From: Candidatus Giovannonibacteria bacterium RIFCSPHIGHO2_12_FULL_44_22
GTDB taxonomy: Bacteria; Patescibacteriota; Minisyncoccia; UBA11713; 2-01-FULL-45-33
Length of the DNA: 64,000 nucleotides
Reading direction: 5' to 3'
NCBI GenBank assembly: GCA_001778695.1
Contig: MFHU01000003.1
Span: 75,112 to 139,111, forward strand
Shown here piece by piece: positions 41,426 through 51,601 of the stretch (its first letter is position 1; each line of letters starts with the position of its first letter). Below the pieces are notes generated by a model that was not told the DNA's origin, did not search any database, and was given only the letters and a program-made list of their open reading frames with translations. The position numbers were made by a program, and so were the translations under genes.

Positions 41426-42147
41426 AATTATCAATTGTTTTACCTGTTTTTAACGGGGCCGATATTTTAGAATGGTCTTTGAAATGGTTACAAAGTTGGA
41501 TTATAGAAAAACCTTATAAAGTTGAGCTTATAGTCGTAAACGACGGCAGTACAGACGCAACAAAAAACATCTCGGAAAATTTTCTAGGAACGCTTGACTA
41601 TTATCAATTTATCAATTTTCCCGAAAATAGAGGCAAGGGATTTGCCACAAAAGCTGGGATGCGAGCCGCCAGTGGAAAGTTTGTTGTTTTTACCGATGCC
41701 GACCTTTCTTACGGCGTGGATATTTTTGATGCCATGCATCAATGTATGAGAACAGATAAAAATATCCAATTATTGTACGGCTCTCGCAGACATCCACAAT
41801 CCAAGGGTTATGCGGGATATACCAAATTAAGGAGGTTCTCCAGTTTGCTTTTTTCCAATTTAGTGTGCTTTATAGTTCTGCCGGGAGTAAAGGACACTCA
41901 ATGCGGCGTAAAAATGTTCCGAAAAGAATTTGCCGCGCTGGCGGCTCAAAAACTAACTATTAATCATTTCGCCTTTGATATTGAATTGTTTGTAATTGCA
42001 AAAGCTCATAATTTAATGTTCCAAGATTTTCCGGTCGCGCTTAGTCACAGGGAAGAAAGTAGCGTCAGGCTTATAACAGACGCTTTGTTTATGATAAAAG
42101 ATATTTGTTTAATGAAAATAAATATTTGGTTAGGGCGTTATAAATAA
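41413..42147 (+). CDS. GT2, dolichyl-phosphate glucosyltransferase (ALG5)-like
   Basis: NDGSTD, NRGKG, TDADL, DTQCGVK, FDIEL. Confidence 0.87.
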   Translation: MADIELSIVLPVFNGADILEWSLKWLQSWIIEKPYKVELIVVNDGSTDATKNISENFLGTLDYYQFINFPENRGKGFATKAGMRAASGKFVVFTDADLSYGVDIFDAMHQCMRTDKNIQLLYGSRRHPQSKGYAGYTKLRRFSSLLFSNLVCFIVLPGVKDTQCGVKMFRKEFAALAAQKLTINHFAFDIELFVIAKAHNLMFQDFPVALSHREESSVRLITDALFMIKDICLMKINIWLGRYK

Positions 42148-42148
42148 T

Positions 42149-43543
42149 ATGGGAAATAGTTATAAATTTATTCTCTTCGGTCTTACAATAATTTTCATCA
42201 GTTTGATATTTTATGGTTTTCCGGACAGCCCTGCGCCCTGGTTTGATGAAGGCATTAATTTGGGCATAGTAAAATCTTGGCTCAAGCACGGTGTTTACAG
42301 TTTGGAAATCGGCCCCAGCGAATTTATCAAAGAACGATCTTTATTGATTACGACGAATTATCCTCTACTTTTGTGGATCGCGCTTTCTTTTAAATTTTTT
42401 GGCATCGGTTTGTGGCAGGCCAAAATTGTAATGTTTGGGTTTTTATTTATTTTTGCATGCCTATTTTACCTTCTGGCCAAAAAATATTACGGTGCGAATA
42501 GCGCCCTTATGACACTGGCGCTTTTGATTACCTTTTTACCACTTTACGGGAATGGCAAAAGCGCTTTGGGAGAAATCCCGGGGCTTACGTATTTTCTGGG
42601 CGGGCTTTTATTTTGGGAAAGCGAGAAGAAATGGCGAATTTTCACAGCCGGATTACTTTTTGGTTTGGCGGCAGCTACCAAGCCTCTTTATTTGCTTTTA
42701 ATTGTGAGCGTTGCGATAGGCGAGCTTTGGATTTTCGCCGGAGATAGAAAATCCAATTATAAACGCTGGGTGCTACTTGCAAGCGGTTTTGCCCCGCCTT
42801 TGATTTTATGGCTTTACACTCTTTTGCCGGGTCAGCTTTCTTTTGATTATTTAATTAAAACCTGGCAACTCTACAGCAATCCGTACAATATTGAAAATAC
42901 CGCTTTTGTTAATTTCTTGAGATTTTTTAAAGAATCAACTCCGGTTCATTTCGGTTTACTTTTTGGCGCTTTTCTTTTTTCAAAAATTTTCGTAAAACAT
43001 TATTCGCTTAAAAAATTTGAAGTTATTTTGCTTGCATTTATTGTTTTAAATTTACTCTTTTATTTAAAAACCGCGGGATGGTACCGCTATTTTTTCCCTG
43101 CGCACATTTTGCTTTTTATGCTGTTTCCACAGGCGCTTGCCGGCATTATGGAGAAATTTGGTGTTTTGAATTGGATTAAAACTCGCGGCAGCATAATTTT
43201 AATCGCGATTTTGGCTGTGGTTCAAGCAATCGTTCTCGTTGTAAATATTCAAACCAGTTTATACTTAGACAGGACTCCGCGCCAATTTGCCGAAGCTGTC
43301 AACAAAATCGTTCCGCAAGGCCAAGGCATTTTAGTTATTGATTTTCCTGAAATTGTTTTTTTATTAAATCGCGATGATGTTTGGCATTATTTACGCGCTA
43401 ATCCTCATATTACTTTCGGGCGCGATTTGTTTGCGGCGAATCAATATCCTGCTTATGTCATCAGCGATGTTTTGCCGCCCGGCAATAAATATGATATAAA
43501 AATTGATGGCGGTAAATACGTTTTATATGAAAGAAAGAAATAA
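42149..43543 (+). CDS. GT-C (ArnT/PMT-like) membrane glycosyltransferase
   Basis: PWFDEG after TM1, multi-TM, RYFFP. Confidence 0.78.
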   Translation: MGNSYKFILFGLTIIFISLIFYGFPDSPAPWFDEGINLGIVKSWLKHGVYSLEIGPSEFIKERSLLITTNYPLLLWIALSFKFFGIGLWQAKIVMFGFLFIFACLFYLLAKKYYGANSALMTLALLITFLPLYGNGKSALGEIPGLTYFLGGLLFWESEKKWRIFTAGLLFGLAAATKPLYLLLIVSVAIGELWIFAGDRKSNYKRWVLLASGFAPPLILWLYTLLPGQLSFDYLIKTWQLYSNPYNIENTAFVNFLRFFKESTPVHFGLLFGAFLFSKIFVKHYSLKKFEVILLAFIVLNLLFYLKTAGWYRYFFPAHILLFMLFPQALAGIMEKFGVLNWIKTRGSIILIAILAVVQAIVLVVNIQTSLYLDRTPRQFAEAVNKIVPQGQGILVIDFPEIVFLLNRDDVWHYLRANPHITFGRDLFAANQYPAYVISDVLPPGNKYDIKIDGGKYVLYERKK

Positions 43544-43544
43544 A

Positions 43545-44174
43545 ATGCAAAAATTTAAGGATTTTATCACCCTGCCTTTGCGCGCGGTTGCTCTTTTTGA
43601 GACAGGCAAGTGGGGCCTTTCTTCCACGCAGGCGGAGAGATTTGAGTATGCCGCCAAAGAGGTTTTGGGCTGTTGCTTGGATATAGGCTGTGGCAAATAT
43701 AATCTATTTATCAATAAATATTTGAACGGCAATGGCAAAGGCGTAGACATTTTCCCTTACGAAGGCCTGGTAGAAAAAGATATTATGCCTAATTTGGAAA
43801 CCTTTCCTTTTCCGGACCAATCTTTTGACTCCGCTACTTTTATTGCGAGCCTCAACCATATTCCTGAAGAGCTTCGGGATAAAGAACTTGCCGAGTCTTA
43901 CCGCTGTTTGAAAGTCAACAGCAATGTTATTGTTACTATGCCTTGCGCTTTTGCGGGAATATTAATTCATATAATCGTTGCTGTCTACGACAGTATTTTC
44001 GGCACGAATTATGACGTGGATTCTGTAAGAGGCATGCATCAAAATGAAGATTATTATCTGCCTGATAAGGAAATTATAGAAAGGCTTCAGCGCGCCGGAT
44101 TTAAAAATATATCTAAAAAATATTTTTGGACCCAATGGGGGATGAATCACGCGTTTATTGGTTGGAAAAAATAA
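43545..44174 (+). CDS. Class I SAM-dependent methyltransferase
   Basis: LDIGCG, FPDQSFD, LNHIP; probable start ATG 43545. Confidence 0.85.
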   Translation: MQKFKDFITLPLRAVALFETGKWGLSSTQAERFEYAAKEVLGCCLDIGCGKYNLFINKYLNGNGKGVDIFPYEGLVEKDIMPNLETFPFPDQSFDSATFIASLNHIPEELRDKELAESYRCLKVNSNVIVTMPCAFAGILIHIIVAVYDSIFGTNYDVDSVRGMHQNEDYYLPDKEIIERLQRAGFKNISKKYFWTQWGMNHAFIGWKK

Positions 44175-44177
44175 AAA

Positions 44178-45611
44178 ATGTTAGATGCTGCAAAATTGGC
44201 TATAGCTATCAAATCCACTATTTTTTTGTCTTTTTTTGTCTTACTTTTCATTTATTTTTACTATCGTTATTTTTGGGATAATCCAGGGGCCAGGGATCTT
44301 TTTAAAATATTTATACCCTCTTTTGGCTTTATAGTTTTAGTAAAATTTTTAATCGGCCTTTTCTACAAGGACTATATTCAAGAACTTTTCTTTTTTTACG
44401 CTATCCCGTCACCAAAGGCCATGAGCTTGATTTGGCCGCTAATTGCCTTATTAACTTTTTTTGGTTTTTTATATTATAGAAGAAAAATTGAAGCACTCTC
44501 TAAGAATAAATTTTTACTTATTCTATTTTTAATATTTTTTGCCCTTGCTTTAGGCGTTGCTGGCATTCGCGAGGGCGCAAAGAGCATTGCCGACCCCTTT
44601 ACGCGGACTTTTTGGGAATACAGCGGCAATATGGGATTGGTGCGCACTGTTAAAGATTTTTTACATAATTATATTTCACTTATTCCGCGCTTAGCCGAAC
44701 ACAGCACGACTCACCCGCCGGGATACACTTTGGTTTTATATTTTGTTTATAAATATTTTAAAGCCGGATTTTTTGGCATGTCTTTATGGGTTGTCTTTAT
44801 CGCTGGTCTGACTTTGTGGCCTCTATATTTCTTATGGAGGTATTTTTTAGAAGAGATAGAAGTCAAGCGCGCGTTGGAAATTTTTATATTTGTGCCGAGC
44901 GTCGTGATGATGACCGCGACTTCCATGGAAGGAGTTTTTATGTTTTTGGTTTGGTGCGCAATCGCTTTGGTTTTTATAGGCTGGCAAAAAAATATTTGGC
45001 TGGCAGGATTGGGAGGGCTCGCGGCCGCTATGGCGCTACTTACAAATTTCCTATTTTTGCTTCTTGCCCCGTTTTTTCTTTTTTTGGCTTGGCATGTTAC
45101 ACAAAAAGCAGTCGCAGTTGGCCGTTCCAAGGCATTATTAAGAGTATTTATCTCGTTGGCGTTGTTTTTTCTATTTTTCTTTAGCTTATGGCAATGGTCG
45201 GGATATTCGATTGTAGACAATTTTTTTGCGGCTCTGGCTGCTAATCAAGGCGCTGTTAGGAGTAATTTTGAGTCGATACCCGTGTATTTTCTTTACATCT
45301 TTATGAATATAGTAAACTTTTTAATTTATTTGGGCTTGCCTTTGTTTTTTGTTTTTTTAAAAGGATTGCCGGCGACATTTAAAAACGGCAATCTGCTTTT
45401 TAAAAGCGGATTGTGGATTCTTTTGTTTTTTCTGGCAGTCGGCGTTTTTCAGGCCAATGTGGAGAGATTGTGGTTGTTTATTGTACCGTTTTTTATGGTG
45501 TTTAAAAATAAATTATTTAATGAAGAATGCCGGCCGCTATTTCATCCATTTTTATCTTTGATGCTGTTTCAAATAGTAGTTACGCAGATTTTATTTTATA
45601 CCTTTTTTTGA
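44178..45611 (+). CDS. Multi-TM membrane protein, probable GT-C
   Basis: HPPG motif, many TM helices, ERLWL. Confidence 0.6.
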   Translation: MLDAAKLAIAIKSTIFLSFFVLLFIYFYYRYFWDNPGARDLFKIFIPSFGFIVLVKFLIGLFYKDYIQELFFFYAIPSPKAMSLIWPLIALLTFFGFLYYRRKIEALSKNKFLLILFLIFFALALGVAGIREGAKSIADPFTRTFWEYSGNMGLVRTVKDFLHNYISLIPRLAEHSTTHPPGYTLVLYFVYKYFKAGFFGMSLWVVFIAGLTLWPLYFLWRYFLEEIEVKRALEIFIFVPSVVMMTATSMEGVFMFLVWCAIALVFIGWQKNIWLAGLGGLAAAMALLTNFLFLLLAPFFLFLAWHVTQKAVAVGRSKALLRVFISLALFFLFFFSLWQWSGYSIVDNFFAALAANQGAVRSNFESIPVYFLYIFMNIVNFLIYLGLPLFFVFLKGLPATFKNGNLLFKSGLWILLFFLAVGVFQANVERLWLFIVPFFMVFKNKLFNEECRPLFHPFLSLMLFQIVVTQILFYTFF

Positions 45612-45612
45612 T

Positions 45613-46332
45613 ATGGATTTCAATCAATATCAGTACGAGGATATGGCGGTCAGGCCGGACGATCCCTATGCCAACGCGAAATACCAGATTATTATTGATT
45701 ATCTAAAAAACGAGAAGCGTCTTAAAATTTTAAACGCCGGCTGCGGATCCGGAGAACTTTCTTTTTTGCTTGCTCGGGCCGGGCATGAGGTTTTGGGCGT
45801 TGATCCGGCGCCCGAATATATAGAGCTGGCTAAACGTCAAGCCGCTGCTAGCGGCGCGCTTTGTAAATTCCAAGTGAGCTCAATTGAGGATTTTTCGGAT
45901 AGCGAAAGCTTTGATTGCGTAATCGCAACCGATGTTTTAGAACATATAAAAGACGGCCAGGCGGCTGCCAATAAATTAGCGAGGTTTGCTCGCTCGGGAG
46001 GACGTTTGATTTTAACCGTGCCGGCGATGCAATCGCTTTTCGGATTTCATGACGAGGAATTGGGCCATTTCAGGCGCTATTCGCGCTCGCAACTTAAAAA
46101 ACTAATTTTGAAAACGCGCTTGATCAAAATAGAAAAAATTCGCTACTTCGGATTTACCTTAATACCAGTTTGTATTTTATTCAGCAAAATTTTGCGGCGC
46201 TCTTACCCTGTGGCCGCGTTTGGGGAAGCGAGAACCGCGCGCGCGGCAGTTCTTAAAATTCTTTTAGCTCTAGACAAAAACTTACCTATGCCGTTTGGCA
46301 CCAGCTTGATTTTATTTGGAAGAAGGGGATAA
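45613..46332 (+). CDS. Class I SAM-dependent methyltransferase
   Basis: LNAGCGSG, DVLEHI, HFRRY. Confidence 0.88.
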   Translation: MDFNQYQYEDMAVRPDDPYANAKYQIIIDYLKNEKRLKILNAGCGSGELSFLLARAGHEVLGVDPAPEYIELAKRQAAASGALCKFQVSSIEDFSDSESFDCVIATDVLEHIKDGQAAANKLARFARSGGRLILTVPAMQSLFGFHDEELGHFRRYSRSQLKKLILKTRLIKIEKIRYFGFTLIPVCILFSKILRRSYPVAAFGEARTARAAVLKILLALDKNLPMPFGTSLILFGRRG

Positions 46333-46349
46333 TAAAAACAATTATTTAT

Positions 46350-47660
46350 ATGAAAAAATATAAAATTGGCGTTGTAGGTTTATGGCATTTGGGCGAGATT
46401 TATAGCGCTGGCCTTTCCGATTTAGGCCACGACATTATTGGTTTTGATGAGAATAGTGAAATCGTTTCTAATTTAAATAAAGGTATTCCGCCATTGGCCG
46501 AACCAAAACTTGCTAAAATTATAAAGAAAAATATAAAAAACGGGCGACTATTTTTTAACAATGCGTTTGAGCAACTAAAAACCCGCGATATCATATGGCT
46601 CACTTTTGATACTCCAGTTGATGATAAAGATAACGTCAACCTCAAGCCCGTTTGGAATTTTTTAAAATCCAATGCTAAGTTTTTTAAAAATAACATATTA
46701 ATTATTATCTCAAGCCAAATGCCGGTAGGGACTTGCTCGGAAATTGAAAAACTTTTAGCTAGACTGCGCCCAAAACTTAATTTTAATTTGGCTTACGCGC
46801 CGGAAAACTTGCAGCTAGGCCGAGCTCTCAAAAGTTTTTTTGAGCCGGACAGAATTGTTATTGGGGCGTCAAGCCGCGAGGTTATTCAAAAAATAGAAAG
46901 CGTTTTTTCTGGAATTAAGACCAATTTTATACCCATGAGCGTCGCTTCGGCCGAGATGAGTAAGCACGCCCTAAACGCTTTTTTAGCCACTTCCATTGGT
47001 TTTATTGATGATATTTCTGATTTATCTAGAGCTTACGGCGCAGATGCGGTGGATGTTGCCAAATCGCTCCGCTCCGACAAAAGGATCGGCTCGTACGCGC
47101 GTCTTGATGCAGGTATTGGTTTTTCCGGAGGCACGCTGGCGAGAGATTTGAAAATTCTTATTAAAAAAGGCAGTGAGGTGGGAATAAAAGTCCCGCTCAT
47201 TTCAACTGTTTTTAAAAGGAATAATCTGAGGCGCAATTTGGTAGTTGAATATTTGAAAAAATATTTCGCCGCTTTGCGGCTACGCGGCAAAAAAATCGCG
47301 GTGCTGGGTCTTACTTATAAACCAGGGACTCCCACTTTGCGAAGAGCGATGTCTTTGGAGATTATTAAAAAGCTTAAAAAAGCAGGGGCAGTGGTATCCA
47401 CATGCGACCCGTTGGCGGATGAGAAAGAAGCCGAACACCTGACTGGCGCTAAATTTTATAAAAACCCGTATCTCGCTTTGAAAGGCGCTAACGCCGCGGT
47501 TTTTATTAATAACTCGCCGGAATTTAAAAAAATAAATTTTAAAAAAATGAAGGCGCTGATGAAAAAACCATTCATCTTTTTTGACACAGGAAATTATTTT
47601 TATGAACGCGAAAAAGAAATTAAAAAGCGAGGTTTTTTATACACAGGAATAGGCAGATAA
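46350..47660 (+). CDS. UDP-glucose/GDP-mannose dehydrogenase family protein (atypical active site)
   Basis: FDTP, PDRIVIG, SAEMSK..NAF, GIGFSGGTLARD, GLTYKPGT. Confidence 0.85.
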   Translation: MKKYKIGVVGLWHLGEIYSAGLSDLGHDIIGFDENSEIVSNLNKGIPPLAEPKLAKIIKKNIKNGRLFFNNAFEQLKTRDIIWLTFDTPVDDKDNVNLKPVWNFLKSNAKFFKNNILIIISSQMPVGTCSEIEKLLARLRPKLNFNLAYAPENLQLGRALKSFFEPDRIVIGASSREVIQKIESVFSGIKTNFIPMSVASAEMSKHALNAFLATSIGFIDDISDLSRAYGADAVDVAKSLRSDKRIGSYARLDAGIGFSGGTLARDLKILIKKGSEVGIKVPLISTVFKRNNLRRNLVVEYLKKYFAALRLRGKKIAVLGLTYKPGTPTLRRAMSLEIIKKLKKAGAVVSTCDPLADEKEAEHLTGAKFYKNPYLALKGANAAVFINNSPEFKKINFKKMKALMKKPFIFFDTGNYFYEREKEIKKRGFLYTGIGR

Positions 47661-47722
47661 AAAAATAAGCCGAGCTGGCAATCCTATTGATTTTATTTGG
47701 TAAAAGGCGATAATAAAACATT

Positions 47723-48652
47723 ATGATTTCCGTTGTGATTCCGGTCTATAATGAAGAAAAAAACGTTGCTATTTTGCATGGCAAAATAGCCAAGGCGATG
47801 CGGAAACTTAACGAGCCCTATGAGGTTATCTTTATAGAAGACGGATCTACCGACGATACGCTGAAAAACTTAAAATCCTTAAAAGGAGTAAAAATAATTA
47901 TTTTGGCGATGCCGCTCGGCCAAACTGCGGCGCTGGACGCAGGCATACACGAAACCCAGGGCGATATAATTATCACGATGGATGGCGATTTGCAAAACGA
48001 CCCCGCGGATATTCCGAAGCTGGTTGGAAAGATTCGCGAAGGATATGATGTTGTTTCCGGCTGGCGGCAGGATAGGCACGATTCAGTTGGACGCAGGGCT
48101 TTGTCAAGATTGGCTAATTGGCTTACTGCTAAGATGACCGGCCTTTATCTTCACGATTCCGCCTGCGCGCTTAAGGCTTACAGACGTGAGGTTTTGGTGC
48201 CTATTCATTTGTATGGAGAGATGCATGTGTTTTTGCCGGCGTATCTTTTTATGCGCGGAGCGAAGGTCGCGGAAATTCCGGTTTTGCATCATGCCAGAGA
48301 ATTTGGAACTTCCAAACACTATTTTATGAAGGCCGTAAAAGATATTTTTGATTTGCTTACGATTAAATTCATGTCCAGTTTAACCGGCCGGCCTCTGATA
48401 TTTTTTGGCGGCGCCGGAATCATATCGATTTTATTGGGCATTGCTGTCGGCGCGGTTGCCGCTTATCTTAAATTGGCGGAGCTTCGTAATTTTGGGCAAA
48501 CCCCTTTGCCAATCCTCGCAATTTTTTTTATTCTTTCCGGAATTTTATTTTTTATGGTTGGCTTTTTGGCCGAGCTATTGCTGCGGGTTTATTTTGAGAC
48601 TAATAGAAAAACGCCTTACATTATTAAGGAGCGGATTGAAACTCCCAAATAA
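47723..48652 (+). CDS. GT2 (ArnC/GtrB-like) with two C-terminal TMs
   Basis: PVYNEE, MDGDLQNDP, VSGWR. Confidence 0.9.
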   Translation: MISVVIPVYNEEKNVAILHGKIAKAMRKLNEPYEVIFIEDGSTDDTLKNLKSLKGVKIIILAMPLGQTAALDAGIHETQGDIIITMDGDLQNDPADIPKLVGKIREGYDVVSGWRQDRHDSVGRRALSRLANWLTAKMTGLYLHDSACALKAYRREVLVPIHLYGEMHVFLPAYLFMRGAKVAEIPVLHHAREFGTSKHYFMKAVKDIFDLLTIKFMSSLTGRPLIFFGGAGIISILLGIAVGAVAAYLKLAELRNFGQTPLPILAIFFILSGILFFMVGFLAELLLRVYFETNRKTPYIIKERIETPK

Positions 48653-48658
48653 TTAATT

Positions 48659-49666
48659 ATGATTTTAACTAGGACTCCATTTCGCCTGCCGTTGGGCGGA
48701 GGCTCAACGGATTTGCCGGCTTATTATGAAAAGCACGGCGGTTTTATTTTCGCAGCGGCGGTCAACTTATATATGTATGTGGCCGTAAATCGCCCGCCAT
48801 CCGACGACATGATTCGTTTAAAATATCGCCAAAGCGAGGAAGTCAAAAATCTCGACGACATCAAGCATCCCCTTATCCGGGCGGCGCTTAAGCGCTCGGG
48901 TATAAATAAAATGATTGAAATTTCCTCAATGTCGGACATATCCGACGGTACGGGCTTGGGGAGCTCGGCCAGTTATTTGATAGGGCTTTTAAACGCGCTC
49001 CATTCTTTAAAAGGAGAAAATGTCTCGCGTAGGCATTTGGCGGAAGAGGCCTTTGAAATTGCGACCAGGGACTTGGGCCTTCCGGACGGTAAGCAGGATT
49101 TTTATCTGGCGTCTTTCGGGAATTTTTGCGTATTAGATATTGCGCCCTCGGGAGCGGTTACTGTTTCCAACGCCAATATTTCCAAATCCGTGCAAGATAC
49201 TTTTGAGCAGAGGACGCTTTTATTTTATACAGGCGTGCGAAGGAGCAGCGAAGATATTTTAAGAGAACAACAAACTGATATTCAGGCAAATAAAGAAAGC
49301 GCTTTAGAGCTTAAACATCAAACCAAAAGAATCGGTCAGAATGTTTTTAACGCCTTTGAGGCCGGCAGATTGGATGAATTCGGCAGTTTAATGGACGAAC
49401 ACTGGCATATCAAAAGAAAAATATCCGTGAAGATGAGCAATGATATGTTTGATGAAATTTATGAAAAAGCCAAGCAGGCCGGGGCGCTTGGCGGCAAGAT
49501 CGTCGGCGCTGGCGGGGGAGGATTTTTTTTGATTTACTGCCGGGAAGGCTCGCAGGATGCCGTCCGCAAAATATTTTCCCAATATGGATTGCGTGAAGTG
49601 CCCTTTTCTATGGATTCCGCCGGAACGCAGGTTTTAATGAATAAGCCAAGAACGTTTACTATATGA
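48659..49666 (+). CDS. hddA: GHMP kinase, D-glycero-D-manno-heptose-7-phosphate kinase-like
   Basis: TPFRL.LGGGSTD, GTGLGSS, GKQD, GAGGGG; clustered with gmhA/gmhB. Confidence 0.82.
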   Translation: MILTRTPFRLPLGGGSTDLPAYYEKHGGFIFAAAVNLYMYVAVNRPPSDDMIRLKYRQSEEVKNLDDIKHPLIRAALKRSGINKMIEISSMSDISDGTGLGSSASYLIGLLNALHSLKGENVSRRHLAEEAFEIATRDLGLPDGKQDFYLASFGNFCVLDIAPSGAVTVSNANISKSVQDTFEQRTLLFYTGVRRSSEDILREQQTDIQANKESALELKHQTKRIGQNVFNAFEAGRLDEFGSLMDEHWHIKRKISVKMSNDMFDEIYEKAKQAGALGGKIVGAGGGGFFLIYCREGSQDAVRKIFSQYGLREVPFSMDSAGTQVLMNKPRTFTI

Positions 49667-49800
49667 CCAGGTAGTAGAAAATTTGATTAATAATTTTGCT
49701 TTAACAAATAATTTGTAAAAACAATGTATCAGTTGTATAACAATCATTACTGCGACAAAACGGCTATTATTAAAAAGCAATCAAGTTTTTCACTACCTGG
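49667..49800. mobile_element. 134-bp MITE-like element, 22-bp imperfect TIRs, ATGA target duplication
   Basis: CCAGGTAGTAGAAAATTTGATT ... AATCAAGTTTTTCACTACCTGG (19/22); ATGA on both sides. Confidence 0.78.
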
Positions 49801-50601
49801 ATGATTTTGAAAAACAAAAAAGCGCTAATTACGGGAGGTAACGGCGTTATTGGAAGAACTATTGCCGAGTTTTTTGAACGGGAAGGATGCGATGTTATAA
49901 CAGCCAGTAGGTCCGGCAGTTATCCTGTTGATGTTGCTAATCCAGAGAGCGTTAAGAGCCTTATGAATTTAGTTGAGAAAAAATTCGGCGGGCTTGATAT
50001 TTTAGTGACCGCCGCAGGCACTTATGGCGAAATCGGCTCTTTGGAGAAATGCGACGAAGACAAGTGGTTTGACGCAGTAAAAACGAATTTATGGGGTACA
50101 TTTCTTTCAATAAAGCACGCCTTGCCTTTGCTCAAAAAAAATAGTGGCGGGAAAATAATTGCTTTCGCCGGTGGCGGGGACGGCCCTCTGCCAAATTTTA
50201 CTTCTTACGCAAGTTCCAAAGGCGGGGTTTTACGTTTGGTAGAATCATTGGCGCAGGAGTTTTTGCCTTACAGCATAGATATCAATGCCATCTCGCCTGG
50301 CCTGGTTAATTCCGACTTTCAGCAAGAGTTAATCAAAGCTGGCCCGGAAAGGGCGGGAGGCGAGAAGTATAAAGTCGCCTTGAAAGAAGCATCCGGCGAG
50401 GCCGAAACCGTTTCTCCGGAACGCGCCGCGGGATTGGCTGTTTTTCTGGCTTCCGAAAAATCCAACGGCATTACCGGCAAAAATATCAGCGCTGTTTGGG
50501 ACAAGTGGGAGGAATTTCCAAATCATCTTGAGCATATTAAAAAGTCGGATATTTATAATTTAAGACGCGTAAGACCAAAAGAACGCGGCTATGATTGGTA
50601 A
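49801..50601 (+). CDS. Classical SDR oxidoreductase
   Basis: TGGNGVIG, YASSK, NAISPG. Confidence 0.9.
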   Translation: MILKNKKALITGGNGVIGRTIAEFFEREGCDVITASRSGSYPVDVANPESVKSLMNLVEKKFGGLDILVTAAGTYGEIGSLEKCDEDKWFDAVKTNLWGTFLSIKHALPLLKKNSGGKIIAFAGGGDGPLPNFTSYASSKGGVLRLVESLAQEFLPYSIDINAISPGLVNSDFQQELIKAGPERAGGEKYKVALKEASGEAETVSPERAAGLAVFLASEKSNGITGKNISAVWDKWEEFPNHLEHIKKSDIYNLRRVRPKERGYDW

Positions 50602-51598
50602 AAAATACAATTTTGGGATAATCGGAGCCGGCCGCATGGGCGCGCGCTGGGCCAGTGTATTAAAAATGTACGGGCAGGCGTCTTTACGGGCTGTCGCTGA
50701 TCAAAATTTGCCTGGCGCTAAAGAATTAGCCGATCAGTTTAAAAATTGTCGAGTTTTTTCTGACCCGCGGCAGCTCTTAAAAATTAAAGATATTGACGCG
50801 GTGGTTATCGCTGTCCCGCATAAATTTTTAGCGCCGCTCTCAATAGAAGTATTGAAAGCGGGAAAACATGTTCTTTCTGAAAAGCCCGCCGGCGTAAGCT
50901 CTAGAGAGCTGGCCGAAGCCGTAAAAACAGCCAAAAAGCGGCGTTTGTCTTATATGGTGGGCTTTAATCATCGTTTTCATCCAGGCTACCTTTTGGCAAA
51001 AAAAATTATTAAAACAAAAAAAATCGGCGATATTTTATTTATAAGAGCCAGGTACGGTTTCGGCGGGCGTCTGGGTTATGAAAAAGAGTGGCGGATGAAT
51101 AAAAATTTTAGCGGCGGAGGAGAACTTTTGGACCAGGGCGTCCACATGATAGATCTGTGCCGAATGTTTTTGGGAAATTTCCATAAAGTTTGCGGGCTTG
51201 CCGAAAATCTTTACTGGAATTCTTCTGTGGACGACAACGCTTTTTTGATTCTTAAAAACAAACAGAATCAAATTGCCTCCATTCACGTAAGCTGGACAAA
51301 TTGGGACCCAATACACAACTTTGAGATTTACGGAACACTGGGTTATATTCGGATTGAGGGGCTTGGCAACGCACCACATAGCTATGGAAAAGAAAAACTA
51401 ACTCTTGGCTTAAGGAGCAAGAATTATTTTGATGCGCCGAAAGAAAAAGAATTTCTTTGCGGCGCGGATAGAAACCAATCTTTGCTGAAAGAACTGCAAG
51501 AATTTATATCATCAATCCGCGAGAAGAGAGTGCCGCGGCCTTCGGGAGAAGATGGATACCAAGCTTTAAAAATAGTGGAAAAGATTTATAAAAAATAA
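50591..51598 (+). CDS. Gfo/Idh/MocA oxidoreductase
   Basis: GAGRMG, EKP, GFNHRF, GGGELLDQGVH. Confidence 0.9.
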   Translation: MIGKKYNFGIIGAGRMGARWASVLKMYGQASLRAVADQNLPGAKELADQFKNCRVFSDPRQLLKIKDIDAVVIAVPHKFLAPLSIEVLKAGKHVLSEKPAGVSSRELAEAVKTAKKRRLSYMVGFNHRFHPGYLLAKKIIKTKKIGDILFIRARYGFGGRLGYEKEWRMNKNFSGGGELLDQGVHMIDLCRMFLGNFHKVCGLAENLYWNSSVDDNAFLILKNKQNQIASIHVSWTNWDPIHNFEIYGTLGYIRIEGLGNAPHSYGKEKLTLGLRSKNYFDAPKEKEFLCGADRNQSLLKELQEFISSIREKRVPRPSGEDGYQALKIVEKIYKK

Positions 51599-51601
51599 TT
51601 T

